This document shows, piece by piece, positions 25,951 through 34,901 of a DNA stretch of 49,117 nucleotides (within the stretch, counting starts at the first letter, position 1; every line of letters starts with the position of its first letter). The stretch is from Candidatus Micrarchaeota archaeon. Lineage in GTDB: Archaea > Micrarchaeota > Micrarchaeia > Micrarchaeales > CABMGC01. Below the pieces are notes generated by a model. It did not search any database and was not told the origin of the DNA. It was given only the letters and a program-made list of their open reading frames with translations. The translations under genes and the position numbers were made by a program. The stretch lies in the NCBI GenBank assembly GCA_023270015.1, contig JAGDXZ010000013.1, positions 1-49,117 on the forward strand, in the 5' to 3' direction.

Positions 25951-27210
25951 TTATTTGTAGCGGAGTATTGCGCCTATGCCTGTAAAGCCCATCAAGAACT
26001 CCTTGCCGTATGAACTTTCAGAAGATACAAAAACAGTCTCAGCCCCTATTTTGTCAGCAAGGTCTATGAGCTCCTCCACAGCGTCCCTCATCGATACAGT
26101 TTCAAAAAACCCGCCACACTCTTTGTGCTGTCTGGTTTCTGGAGGGTCCTCGTTTTCAAGTATTTCCTGCTTTCTTCTTTCAAATTCTGCATCTGACTCG
26201 TTTGCATTCTGCACAATCTCAAGATCCACCTCTGCGCCACACTTGTTGCATTTTCTATGTGCTATGTAGAATTCGAGATCTTTGCTTACAATTAGCGTTG
26301 CAACGTTGCCTGCTTGAAGGGCCTTCTTGGTGTTTGCATAGCCATAAACTGCCAGGCCGTTGCTAGATATTTCTCTTATGAACCTCTCTATAACCTGTCT
26401 TTCCTTTGCCGCTTCTTGTTCTTTGAGTATGTCGTAAGCCTTCTCAACAAGTTCGTTGAGCCCAAACTCGTCAGTGTAGCCTGTGTCAAAGACCCCTAGC
26501 ACCTTTATTTGGTAATTGAGCTTGTTTGCCTTCAGGAAGTTTTCTTTTGCAGGCCCTGGGCCTCCAACAATAAGGCCGTTGAACTTGAAGTCGTTACGCT
26601 CAAACAGGTCGTTTATTGCCTCAGCTATTTCAGTATAGTAGAATTCTATATCTTCCTCTCTGGCCCTAGCAAACCTCCTTGCACTTTGGCCTCCTTTTTT
26701 CATCTTTGCATGCGCCATTGAGTGGATTTTGGTAATTACCTGGATGTGCGAGCCTCTCAGCGTCGCTATGGTTGCTTCCCTTCCATCCATGACTAGGAGC
26801 ACGAAAACGTCTCTGGTTTCCAGCATAGCCTCTATGGGGTCGAGCAAGAATGTAGAATCACATCGGTAGATGTTCACCTTTATGGGCTCAGGAGGCTCCA
26901 TTGAAAAGAGCTCTATGTCCTCCTTGCCTTCTACCGGTGAGATGTTTCCGCAGAATACAGCCAAGCCATTTTTCGGTGTTTCTTTGAAAAGTTTAAGGTA
27001 TTGTATTATCTTGTCTATTGCGCTTTGCACATTTGTCCTTGTTGTCTTTGATTTTATATTGCCAGATTGGTTGTACTCCTGCCTGAGCCTAGCTATCTCG
27101 TCGCTGAGCTGGAATCCGGCTGGTATGTAGATGCTTATCAGCTCAGTTCCATTCCCTCTTATTGACTTAAGCCTCTTTACTTCTTTTAGCAAATCGTATT
27201 CTTCTTTCAT
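25951..27210 (-). CDS. prf1: Peptide chain release factor aRF1
   Basis: NIKS motif (SGNIKSKTTR) and GGQ motif (KKGGQSARRFAR). Confidence 0.95.
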   Translation of the reverse strand: MKEEYDLLKEVKRLKSIRGNGTELISIYIPAGFQLSDEIARLRQEYNQSGNIKSKTTRTNVQSAIDKIIQYLKLFKETPKNGLAVFCGNISPVEGKEDIELFSMEPPEPIKVNIYRCDSTFLLDPIEAMLETRDVFVLLVMDGREATIATLRGSHIQVITKIHSMAHAKMKKGGQSARRFARAREEDIEFYYTEIAEAINDLFERNDFKFNGLIVGGPGPAKENFLKANKLNYQIKVLGVFDTGYTDEFGLNELVEKAYDILKEQEAAKERQVIERFIREISSNGLAVYGYANTKKALQAGNVATLIVSKDLEFYIAHRKCNKCGAEVDLEIVQNANESDAEFERRKQEILENEDPPETRQHKECGGFFETVSMRDAVEELIDLADKIGAETVFVSSESSYGKEFLMGFTGIGAILRYK

Positions 27211-27221
27211 AAGATCAGTTC

Positions 27222-28538
27222 TTAGCCTATCTTTCGCTTGCCCATGTAAGGAACGAGAACTTCTGGCACTGTAATTGTGCCGTCATCGTTGTAATAATTC
27301 TCCACTATGGCAGCCAGCGCCCTTTCAATTGCTATGCCGGTAGCATTGAGCGTATGCACGTATTTTCTCTCATTTCCTTCATCATATTTTATGTCGAGCC
27401 TCATGGACTGCCAGTCTGTGCAGTTAGAAGCAGAAGTCAGCTCCCTGTATTGCCCTTGGCTAGGGAACCAACCTTCAACGTCGTTCTTCTTTGCAGCTAC
27501 TATTCCTATGTCGCCTGTGCATATTTCTATTACATGGTAAGGAATACCAAGCTTCTGGAACATCTCTTCCTCGTTTCTGACGAGCTCGTCGAAGTATTGC
27601 CAAGAGTCGTCGGCGCGGGAGAATATGAATTGTTCTATCTTGTCGAACTGGTGGACTCTGAATATGCCTTTTGTATCTTTTCCGTGTGCGCCTGCTTCTC
27701 TCCTGAAGCATGTGCTTATGCCAACATATTTCAACGGCAGGTCTGTCTTGGAGAAGACCTCGCCCGCGTGCATAGCCGCTATCGCATGCTCCGATGTGGA
27801 AATGAGATAAAGCTGCTCGTTAACGTGCTCTATCTCAGCTGCGCCCTTTGCCTCTGAGCTTTCGCCTACTGCATAAAGTGCGTCGACAAAGTCGGCAAGG
27901 CTCGTAACTCCCTGATAGTACTCCTTCTTTATCATGAAAGGAGGAAGCACTGGTATGTAGCCCTTCTTAGAAAGCTCGTCTATTGCAAAATGCTCAAGTG
28001 CAAGCGAGAGCTTTACCATATCGCCTTTAAGGTAGTAGAAGCGTGCACCAGCTACTTTTGCTGCCCTTTCCAAGTCCACAAGGCCCAGCTTTTCAAGTAT
28101 GTCTATATGGCTAGGGGTCTTGTCTGGCCTTGGCGTTCCCCACTTCCTTAGCTCAACGTTGTCGCTGGAGTCTTTGCCATATGGCACAGAGTCGTGAAGT
28201 ATGTTTGGCATGCTCCAGAGTAGCTTATCCAGCCTCTCCTTCTTCTTTTCGAGCTCTGCCTCTAGCTTGTCTATCTGCTCTTTCAAGCTTGCCAGCCTGC
28301 TTAGCTCTTCCTGGCTTGGCTGAACGCCCTGCTTTTTCTTATTAGCTATTTCTAAGCTGCCCTTGTTCCTCTCAGTCCTAAGCCTTTGTATCTCTGTTAC
28401 CATCTGCCTTGTTTCCTCGTCAAGCTTGAGCAATTCATCTAGCGGGAAGTCGCTCTTTCTTTTTTCAAGCGATTTCCTTATGGCGTCGAGATTCTCTCTA
28501 ACCCATCTAGTTGTTAGCATATACTCACTTATAAGCAA
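27222..28538 (-). CDS. serS: Seryl-tRNA synthetase
   Basis: N-terminal coiled-coil arm. Class II motifs FRREAGAHGKDTKGIFRVHQFDKIE and GIAIERALAAIVEN. The start may be the ATG at 28520. Confidence 0.95.
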   Translation of the reverse strand: MLISEYMLTTRWVRENLDAIRKSLEKRKSDFPLDELLKLDEETRQMVTEIQRLRTERNKGSLEIANKKKQGVQPSQEELSRLASLKEQIDKLEAELEKKKERLDKLLWSMPNILHDSVPYGKDSSDNVELRKWGTPRPDKTPSHIDILEKLGLVDLERAAKVAGARFYYLKGDMVKLSLALEHFAIDELSKKGYIPVLPPFMIKKEYYQGVTSLADFVDALYAVGESSEAKGAAEIEHVNEQLYLISTSEHAIAAMHAGEVFSKTDLPLKYVGISTCFRREAGAHGKDTKGIFRVHQFDKIEQFIFSRADDSWQYFDELVRNEEEMFQKLGIPYHVIEICTGDIGIVAAKKNDVEGWFPSQGQYRELTSASNCTDWQSMRLDIKYDEGNERKYVHTLNATGIAIERALAAIVENYYNDDGTITVPEVLVPYMGKRKIG

Positions 28539-28576
28539 CTTTTTATTTTTAAACGATTTAAAGCTTTTGTATAGAA

Positions 28577-28662
28577 GCAGGGGTGGCAGAGTCTGGCCAA
28601 ATGCGGCGGGCTTAGGACCCGTTCCCTTTGTGGGTGCGTGAGTTCAAATCTCACCCCCTGCA
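28577..28662 (+). tRNA. tRNA-Leu (anticodon TAG), long variable arm
   Basis: Acceptor GCAGGGG/CCCCTGC. Anticodon loop CTTAGGA. T arm GTGAG-TTCAAAT-CTCAC. Discriminator A. Confidence 0.9.
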
Positions 28663-28668
28663 CTAATT

Positions 28669-29298
28669 TCACAGCCTTATGCACAAGAGTGTTTTGTCAT
28701 CGTCATATGCGCTTGGGCGCTCTTTTGCCTCTCGCAAAATGTTTGATGCAAACTCCTGCATGGTTGAAGACTTAGCAAGTGCTTGAATGAGTATCGCCTC
28801 GTTTAGCACGTGCCCAACGCCGTCTGTTGCTAAAATAACTATATCGCTTGTTCTAAGTATAGTCTCTTTGCTGTGAACTTTTATTCCGGAATGCCCCAAT
28901 ACCTGTGTAATATAAATTCCATTGCTGTCGATCTGGCCCATCCGAATTAATCTCCTACCTCTGAGCAAGAAAGATAGGCTATCGCCTACATTTGCAAACA
29001 CTGCGTTCATGCCTGAGATATGCACAGCAGAAATAGTGGTAAGCCCTAGATTAAGCCTTCTTCTCTCTTTCAACAGTTCTTTGTTTGCTAATTCTATCGC
29101 CTTTGCCAAGTCCCCGCTAAAACTCTTTTTCAGTGCTGCCAATGCAAATTCTGCCGCTTTTCCGCTGTCGCCAAAGTCTGGAATGCTGACACCGTCGGCA
29201 ACTGCAAAAAGCCCGTGCTTGGAATCTATAAGCAGCCTATCCTGATAGGCGTGTGCGCTTCCAGGAACTGAAAATGAGCCTATCTCTAAATCTTCCAT
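28669..29298 (-). CDS. PP2C-family Ser/Thr protein phosphatase
   Basis: FAVADGV..., SAVHISG...ANVGDS and ILATDGV motifs. The start is set at MEDLEIG (29298) because a TATA-like TTAATATATTA lies about 25 nt upstream, and the longer ORF would overlap the divergent gene. Confidence 0.75.
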   Translation of the reverse strand: MEDLEIGSFSVPGSAHAYQDRLLIDSKHGLFAVADGVSIPDFGDSGKAAEFALAALKKSFSGDLAKAIELANKELLKERRRLNLGLTTISAVHISGMNAVFANVGDSLSFLLRGRRLIRMGQIDSNGIYITQVLGHSGIKVHSKETILRTSDIVILATDGVGHVLNEAILIQALAKSSTMQEFASNILREAKERPSAYDDDKTLLCIRL

Positions 29299-29315
29299 CA
29301 AAAAGTAATGCCCTG

Positions 29316-29328
29316 CTAATATATTAAT
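29316..29328. promoter_or_regulatory. AT-rich near-palindromic box shared by divergent genes (possible bidirectional TATA element)
   Basis: CTAATATATTAAT lies between the PP2C start (29298, minus strand) and the plus-strand gene. That gene's likely TTG start is at 29361, preceded by GGAGG. Confidence 0.35.
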
Positions 29329-29330
29329 CT

Positions 29331-30347
29331 GTGTTGCAATATGCTGAAGGAGGCGAGTGTTTGTATCAAATAGATCAACAACAAATACAACAAATTGGGC
29401 AGGCTTCACAGCCTGAAGCAGCCCCCGAGCCCGCAGCTCCACAGCCGAATACCCAAGCTGTGCCTGCACCTAAAAAGGGTAAAGGTAAAGCAAAAAAGGC
29501 AATAGCTGGTTTGGCGGTTGTTGTCTTGATCGTAGCAGCATACTTGCTGCTATTGCAGAAACCAGCAAGCAGTAGCGCAATCTACTCTTCGCTTGCTCCT
29601 GGCAAAACATTGCCGCTAAACAAGTTTGTGCAGCTTGTAAACAGCTCCATTTTCTACGCCAACAGAACAAACGTGAGCTATTCTGGTGCTATAAGTTTTA
29701 ACGAGTCTTCAAGCAGTTTCTCGACAAGCTACACTGTACCAATGCACATGACCCTTCTAAAGAATGGAAGCGATGAGCGTGCATATTTGTCTGTAAAAAT
29801 GCCTTACGTTGGGAATCTCAGCATAATTGAAATATCGAAAGGCGGTAAGTACTATGCTTGCGTCAACTCTACCTCTCTGCCAGTGGGCACTGTAAATTCA
29901 ACAAACTCCTCTTATGTTTGCATTTACCAGGCAGCTATGTCTAACTTTATTGGCTTGAGAAACAATGTAAGCGGCATGGTCCATGTACTCTCTTCCACAA
30001 AGTCTTCATACAATGGCAGGCCTTGCATTCTGGTAAAAGGCTATCTGCGTGCAAATGAAAGCTCTTTGACAAGTTCGCTTTCAAGCTTATCAACGCCTGC
30101 TTCAAACCTGGGGAACATGACTGCAAACTTTAGCATGTGCTTGGCTGAGAATACAAACATGCTGTTGTCGCTCTTACTCACAAGCCATTCCGCCATAACA
30201 AACCCTACTACTAACGCATCAGCATCTCTTTCCATGACCATGAGCCTAAATGAAACAGCTCTAAGCAGTGTCGTGCCTGGCAATTTAGCGACTTTGCCTG
30301 GGCCAGTACTTAATTCCACAGAGCTCTCCAGCTTGGGCATTTCCTGA
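29331..30347 (+). CDS. Type II membrane protein with a Q/P-rich cytoplasmic head and a sequon-rich extracellular domain
   Basis: Q/P-rich N-terminus, a KKGKGKAKK stop-transfer segment and a single TM (AIAGLAVVVLIVAAYLLLL). I counted 17 N-x-S/T sequons in the roughly 270-aa ectodomain. The likely start is TTG 29361, after GGAGG. Confidence 0.6.
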   Translation: MLQYAEGGECLYQIDQQQIQQIGQASQPEAAPEPAAPQPNTQAVPAPKKGKGKAKKAIAGLAVVVLIVAAYLLLLQKPASSSAIYSSLAPGKTLPLNKFVQLVNSSIFYANRTNVSYSGAISFNESSSSFSTSYTVPMHMTLLKNGSDERAYLSVKMPYVGNLSIIEISKGGKYYACVNSTSLPVGTVNSTNSSYVCIYQAAMSNFIGLRNNVSGMVHVLSSTKSSYNGRPCILVKGYLRANESSLTSSLSSLSTPASNLGNMTANFSMCLAENTNMLLSLLLTSHSAITNPTTNASASLSMTMSLNETALSSVVPGNLATLPGPVLNSTELSSLGIS

Positions 30348-30413
30348 CCTCTCTCTAAAGCAGGCATTAGCAAGGCTTAAAAAGTCATCAATGCTAGTTT
30401 TACTTGTGGGAGC

Positions 30414-32195
30414 ATGCTGTTCGAAGAGGTAGCAAAATACTATGAGAAGCTCGAGGGCATCTCCTCAAGGCTTGGCATGATAGACATACTTACAGAGATG
30501 TTCAAAAAGGCTAAGAAGGAAGAGATGAAACCGCTCATTTACATGACCCAGGGTATGCTAGCCCCGCCGTTCGAGGGCATAGAGATAGGCATAGCGGAGA
30601 AGCTTGCAGAGGAGTCGATAGCAATAGCCACTGGCTATTCAAAGGAGGAAGTAGAAAAAAGCTTCAAGAAAACAGGAGACTTGGGAGTAACCGCGGAGCA
30701 GCTCATGGCCCAGTCGAAGCTCAAGCGGATGACAAAGGAGAAGTTCGAGGCTAGGGAGGTTTTCGAGAGGATGAAGAAGATAGCGCAGACATCAGGGGAA
30801 GGAAGCAAGGAAGCGAAGATAAAGGAGCTTGCTGAGCTACTTGCAAGTTCTTCGCCTCTTGAGGCAAGATACATTGTGCGATTTGCTTTGGGAGAGCTAA
30901 GGCTTGGCGTAGGCGACGCTACTATACTCGAAGCCCTTTCAAAGGTGGCTACAGGCGAGAGAAGCTTCAAGGAGAAGCTTGAAAACGCTTACAACATATG
31001 CAGCGATCTCGGCACTATAGGCGAGGTGCTTGTAGAGCAGGGCATGAAGGGCATAGAGAACTTCAAGGTTTCACTGTTCAAGCCCATAAGGCCTGCACTT
31101 GCTGAGAGATTGCCAACGGCAGAGGAGATACTAGAGCGCATGGGCGGCAAGTGCGCTGTAGAAAGCAAGTACGACGGCTTGCGAGCACAGGTGCATGTGG
31201 ACAAGAAGTCAAAGCGCGTAGAAATATTCTCGAGAAGGCTCGAGAGGCTTACTGACATGTTTCCTGAAATTGTAAAGGCGGCGCTGGATGAGACAAAAGG
31301 GAACAGCCTCATATTCGAAGGAGAAGCTATATCTTATGACGAAATTACTGGCCAATTCAGGCCTTTCCAAGAAACCATACAGAGGAAAAGGAAGCACGGC
31401 GTTGAGGAAAAGAGCGAGGAATTGCCGCTTCACCTCTTTGCATTCGACCTTCTCTACTACAACGGCGAAGATTATCTAGATAAGCCTTATGAGGAAAGAA
31501 GGAAGAAGCTAGAGGAAGTAATACAGGGCAACGGCACCATAAGGCTTGCAGACAGGATAATTGCCACAACTCCGCAGGAAATCGATAGGTATTTTGAAGA
31601 CGTGGTTTCGAACGGGCTTGAGGGCATAGTGGCAAAAGATCTTAAGGCCAGGTACATAGCAGGCGCAAGAAAATTCAGCTGGATAAAAATGAAAAGAAGC
31701 TACAAAGGCGAGCTTACTGATACCGTAGACTTGGTCATTGTGGGCTACTATACTGGCAAGGGCTCAAGGGCAGAGTTTGGATTTGGCGGCTTGCTTGCTG
31801 CTGTTTACAACGACAAGAAGGATATGTTCGAAACAATAACAAAAATAGGCACGGGCTTCACTGAGCAGATGATGCAAGACTTCAAGAAGATGCTGGAGAA
31901 GATAAAAGTGGAGAAGAAGCCTGCTAGGGTTGATGCGCTCATAGAGCCGGATTTCTGGGTTGTGCCAAAATATGTGATAACAGTCAAGGCCGATGAGATA
32001 ACAAAATCTCCTATGCACACTGCCGGCAGGCATGAAGAAAACGGCGTTGAAGTTGGCTACGCTCTCCGATTCCCTAGGATTGTAGGCGGAGGAATAAGAG
32101 AGGACAAGAGTCCAGAAGAGGCGACTACTACCAAGGAAATAATAGAGATGTTCAACCAGCAGAGAAAGACTAAACTTACCGATGCCGCTCCGTAA
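30414..32195 (+). CDS. lig: ATP-dependent DNA ligase
   Basis: Motif I ESKYDGLRAQVH (KxDG). EGEAI, EGIVAK and WIKMK motifs. Confidence 0.95.
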   Translation: MLFEEVAKYYEKLEGISSRLGMIDILTEMFKKAKKEEMKPLIYMTQGMLAPPFEGIEIGIAEKLAEESIAIATGYSKEEVEKSFKKTGDLGVTAEQLMAQSKLKRMTKEKFEAREVFERMKKIAQTSGEGSKEAKIKELAELLASSSPLEARYIVRFALGELRLGVGDATILEALSKVATGERSFKEKLENAYNICSDLGTIGEVLVEQGMKGIENFKVSLFKPIRPALAERLPTAEEILERMGGKCAVESKYDGLRAQVHVDKKSKRVEIFSRRLERLTDMFPEIVKAALDETKGNSLIFEGEAISYDEITGQFRPFQETIQRKRKHGVEEKSEELPLHLFAFDLLYYNGEDYLDKPYEERRKKLEEVIQGNGTIRLADRIIATTPQEIDRYFEDVVSNGLEGIVAKDLKARYIAGARKFSWIKMKRSYKGELTDTVDLVIVGYYTGKGSRAEFGFGGLLAAVYNDKKDMFETITKIGTGFTEQMMQDFKKMLEKIKVEKKPARVDALIEPDFWVVPKYVITVKADEITKSPMHTAGRHEENGVEVGYALRFPRIVGGGIREDKSPEEATTTKEIIEMFNQQRKTKLTDAAP

Positions 32196-32260
32196 ATTTG
32201 ATTGTTTGTTTTGTTTGCGAAGATTTTTTAATTTAGCCAGAGAAATAGGATTGCGGTAAT

Positions 32261-32632
32261 ATGGAGAAGCAAAAATGGTCCTCGATTCTATTCCTTATCA
32301 GCGGAATCTTGATAGTGGCCAATGCAGGCTTTCTTTACTATGTGCTCTCTGCTGCTGAGAGCTCTGTGCAAAGCCATCATCTTGCGCTAAATGCTACAGA
32401 AGTCGCCTTGCTTAAGAATGCAGGGCCCGCTATTCTTGCTTTGCCTATTGTCGGAATTTTCTCAGGCATAGTTCTTCTACTTGCTGCATACATGGTAAGC
32501 AAAGGCAAAAACGTCAAGATGTGGGCCTATTTAGGAATAATATTTTCGCTCATTAGCATAGCAGGCAATGGTGGCTTTATCTTTGGATTTCTTATCGGAA
32601 TAGCGGCAGGCGTGTTGGCATTGACAAAGTAA
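32261..32632 (+). CDS. Small membrane protein (4 TM), unknown function
   Basis: Hydrophobic segments. Its last two TMs resemble those of the 48346..48930 protein (GGFIFGFLIGIAAG versus GGLLIGFILVIGGS). Confidence 0.6.
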   Translation: MEKQKWSSILFLISGILIVANAGFLYYVLSAAESSVQSHHLALNATEVALLKNAGPAILALPIVGIFSGIVLLLAAYMVSKGKNVKMWAYLGIIFSLISIAGNGGFIFGFLIGIAAGVLALTK

Positions 32633-32723
32633 AAGGATTTACTTTGCATCTCGAGCTATGCACAAAAGATATTTAAATTTATACTGTTTTAATTCGGTAA
32701 GAATTGGGCGACCGGTGAGATAA

Positions 32724-33776
32724 ATGGTAGAGTTTTCGAATCCTCTTTTAGAGGCTAGCTCGGACTCTGCAGCACAGCCAAATGTGCCGCAGATAAAAAT
32801 AGTAACTGTCGGAGTAGGAGGTGCAGGCAACAATACTGTAAACAGGCTTTTGAAAGTTGGCGTCAAGGGAACGGAGCTTGTTGCAGTAAACACTGATGTC
32901 CAGCACTTCAAGATAATAGACGACAGAATAAAGAAGATACTTATCGGCAAGAGCATAACAAGGGGCCTCGGTGCAGGCGGAGATCCTATGATAGGCGCAA
33001 AAGCCGCTGAGACTGATAGGCAGCAGCTTGAAGAGGTGCTTGCCGGTGCTCAACTCGTATTCCTTTGTGCAGGCATGGGCGGCGGCACAGGCACAGGCGC
33101 CGCGCCGGTAATTGCGCAGATAGCTAAGGAGCAAGGTGCAATAGTAGTTGCAATGGTTACTTACCCATTCGATCTTGAAAGGGTAAGGAAGGTAAAGGCA
33201 GAGGAGGGCATTCAGCAACTGAGAAAATATGCAGATAGCGTTATCATACTAGACAACAACAGGCTCGTCAAGCTAGTTCCAAACCTGCCAATGAACGAGG
33301 CCTTTGCAGTGGCTGATGATGTGCTCGCAAAGGCGATTGGCGGATTGGTATGGACGATAACGCAGCCGAGCCTTATCAACATAGACTTTGCAGATGTGCG
33401 TGCCATAATGGGAAGCGGAGATGTAGGATTCATAGCTGTAGGCACTGGCAAGGGCAATGACAAAGTAACTGCCGCAGTCGAAGCAGTAATAAAGAACAAG
33501 CTGCTCGATGTAGACTATGAAAATGCAAAAGGCGCACTAATACACATCACTGGCGCGTCAGACCTTACCCTTGGAGATGCAATAAAGGCAGGAGAGATGA
33601 TAACCGAACGCATGGATCCAAAGGCAAATGTCAAGTGGGGTGCTAGGATAGTGCCAGGATACGAAGGCCAGATAGAAATAGTGGCCATAGTGACAGGAGT
33701 CAAGGGCGAAAGCATAGTAGGCAGGCTTCAGGAGAAGGAGCCGAAGGAGCAACACCTTGGGCTCGACTCTTTGTGA
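32724..33776 (+). CDS. ftsZ1: Cell division GTPase FtsZ, paralogue 1
   Basis: GVGGAGNN and the tubulin signature GMGGGTGTGAAP. NIDFADV T7 region. GGTGAG SD upstream. Confidence 0.95.
   Translation: MVEFSNPLLEASSDSAAQPNVPQIKIVTVGVGGAGNNTVNRLLKVGVKGTELVAVNTDVQHFKIIDDRIKKILIGKSITRGLGAGGDPMIGAKAAETDRQQLEEVLAGAQLVFLCAGMGGGTGTGAAPVIAQIAKEQGAIVVAMVTYPFDLERVRKVKAEEGIQQLRKYADSVIILDNNRLVKLVPNLPMNEAFAVADDVLAKAIGGLVWTITQPSLINIDFADVRAIMGSGDVGFIAVGTGKGNDKVTAAVEAVIKNKLLDVDYENAKGALIHITGASDLTLGDAIKAGEMITERMDPKANVKWGARIVPGYEGQIEIVAIVTGVKGESIVGRLQEKEPKEQHLGLDSL
33069..33107 (+). repeat. 39-nt segment identical to 34087..34125 in ftsZ2
   Basis: gcaggcatgggcggcggcacaggcacaggcgccgcgccg is present in both genes, encoding AGMGGGTGTGAAP. 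The flanking bases differ on both sides. Confidence 0.9.
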
Positions 33777-33783
33777 GGTGAGC

Positions 33784-34797
33784 ATGGTGGAGTTTGACTA
33801 TGATGCATTCACTCCGAGAATAGCTGTTGTGGGTGTAGGTGGGCAGGGATGCAACCTTGTTAACAGGCTGTACACAAACGGCATAAAAAGCGCAGACACT
33901 ATAGCAGTCAACACAGACCTTGCGCACCTTAACATGATAAGGGCGCACAAGAAGCTGCTTATAGGCAAGGAAATAACAAACGGCCTCGGTGCAGGCGGAT
34001 TTCCTGAAGTTGCTGCAAAGTGCGCAGACCTCAGCAGGGAAGACATAGCAAAAGCTCTTGAAGGCTACAATCTAGTGTTTGTGGCAGCAGGCATGGGCGG
34101 CGGCACAGGCACAGGCGCCGCGCCGATAGTTGCAAAAATTGCTAGAGAACAGGGTGCAACAGTGATAGGTACTGTTACATACCCGTTTGCGCTAGAGAGG
34201 AGCAGAAGGGTAAAGGCAGAATGGGGAATACAGCAGCTTAGCAAAGAAGCAGACGCTGTGATAGTCATAGAAAATGACAGGCTGCTCTCTTATGTGCCTA
34301 ACCTGCCTATGGAAAAGGCTTTTGAAGTAGTAGACAACATTACAGGTAATGCAGTGAAGGGCATAGCTGATACAATAACCTTGCCTAGCTTGATAAACCT
34401 TGATTTTGCAGACCTAAAGACAGTGGTAAGAGATACAGGCACTGCTGTGATAAGTGTGGGCACAGGGCAAGGAAACGACAGAGTAGAACAAGCAATTAGG
34501 TCAACGCGCTCTCACCCACTGCTTAGCGTTGACTATGAAGGCGCCAAGGGAGCCCTTGTGCATGTGTCTGGAGGTGCCAACCTAACAATAAGCGAAGCAA
34601 CAAGAATAGGCGAAGGCGTTACCGAAGGGCTTGCTCCAGATGCTAACGTGATATTCGGAGCGAGGCTCATTCCTCAACTCAACGATCAGATTACTGTAAT
34701 GTCGATAGTGACAGGCGTCAAAGCGAAGTTCGGAGAGAAGATAAAGCGCGAAGAAGTTGAGGCGCTAAGGCTGCAAAACATAGACACAATCTTCTGA
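33784..34797 (+). CDS. ftsZ2: Cell division GTPase FtsZ, paralogue 2
   Basis: GVGGQGCN and GMGGGTGTGAAP. The start is set at the ATG at 33784 (MVEFDYD), preceded by GAGGTGA. The longer ORF from 33757 overlaps the ftsZ1 end. Confidence 0.95.
   Translation: MVEFDYDAFTPRIAVVGVGGQGCNLVNRLYTNGIKSADTIAVNTDLAHLNMIRAHKKLLIGKEITNGLGAGGFPEVAAKCADLSREDIAKALEGYNLVFVAAGMGGGTGTGAAPIVAKIAREQGATVIGTVTYPFALERSRRVKAEWGIQQLSKEADAVIVIENDRLLSYVPNLPMEKAFEVVDNITGNAVKGIADTITLPSLINLDFADLKTVVRDTGTAVISVGTGQGNDRVEQAIRSTRSHPLLSVDYEGAKGALVHVSGGANLTISEATRIGEGVTEGLAPDANVIFGARLIPQLNDQITVMSIVTGVKAKFGEKIKREEVEALRLQNIDTIF
34087..34125 (+). repeat. 39-nt segment identical to 33069..33107 in ftsZ1
   Basis: See the partner entry. 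Confidence 0.9.
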
Positions 34798-34901
34798 CGT
34801 TTTTCTTTTGCTTTTTATGTTTAGTTTTTGATGCTGCTATTTTGCTGATTCTGTTTGCAACTAGGTTTTATAAAAGTCAACGTAAAAATAAATTAGGTTA
34901 A

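Noticed and set aside
26119-26250. Cys-x2-Cys ... His-x2-Cys insertion in the C-terminal domain of aRF1, a zinc-ribbon-like mini-domain
   Set aside because: From memory, many archaeal aRF1 proteins carry a CxxC...CxxC ribbon at this position, so it is probably a normal lineage feature, with one knuckle changed to HKEC here. Not novel enough to list as a finding.
29331-29469. 139-nt overlap between the divergent ORFs 28669..29469 (minus) and 29331..30347 (plus)
   Set aside because: It is an artefact of taking the longest ORFs. The PP2C catalytic core starts after the ATG at 29298, which has a TATA-like box upstream. The plus-strand gene has a GGAGG-led TTG at 29361.
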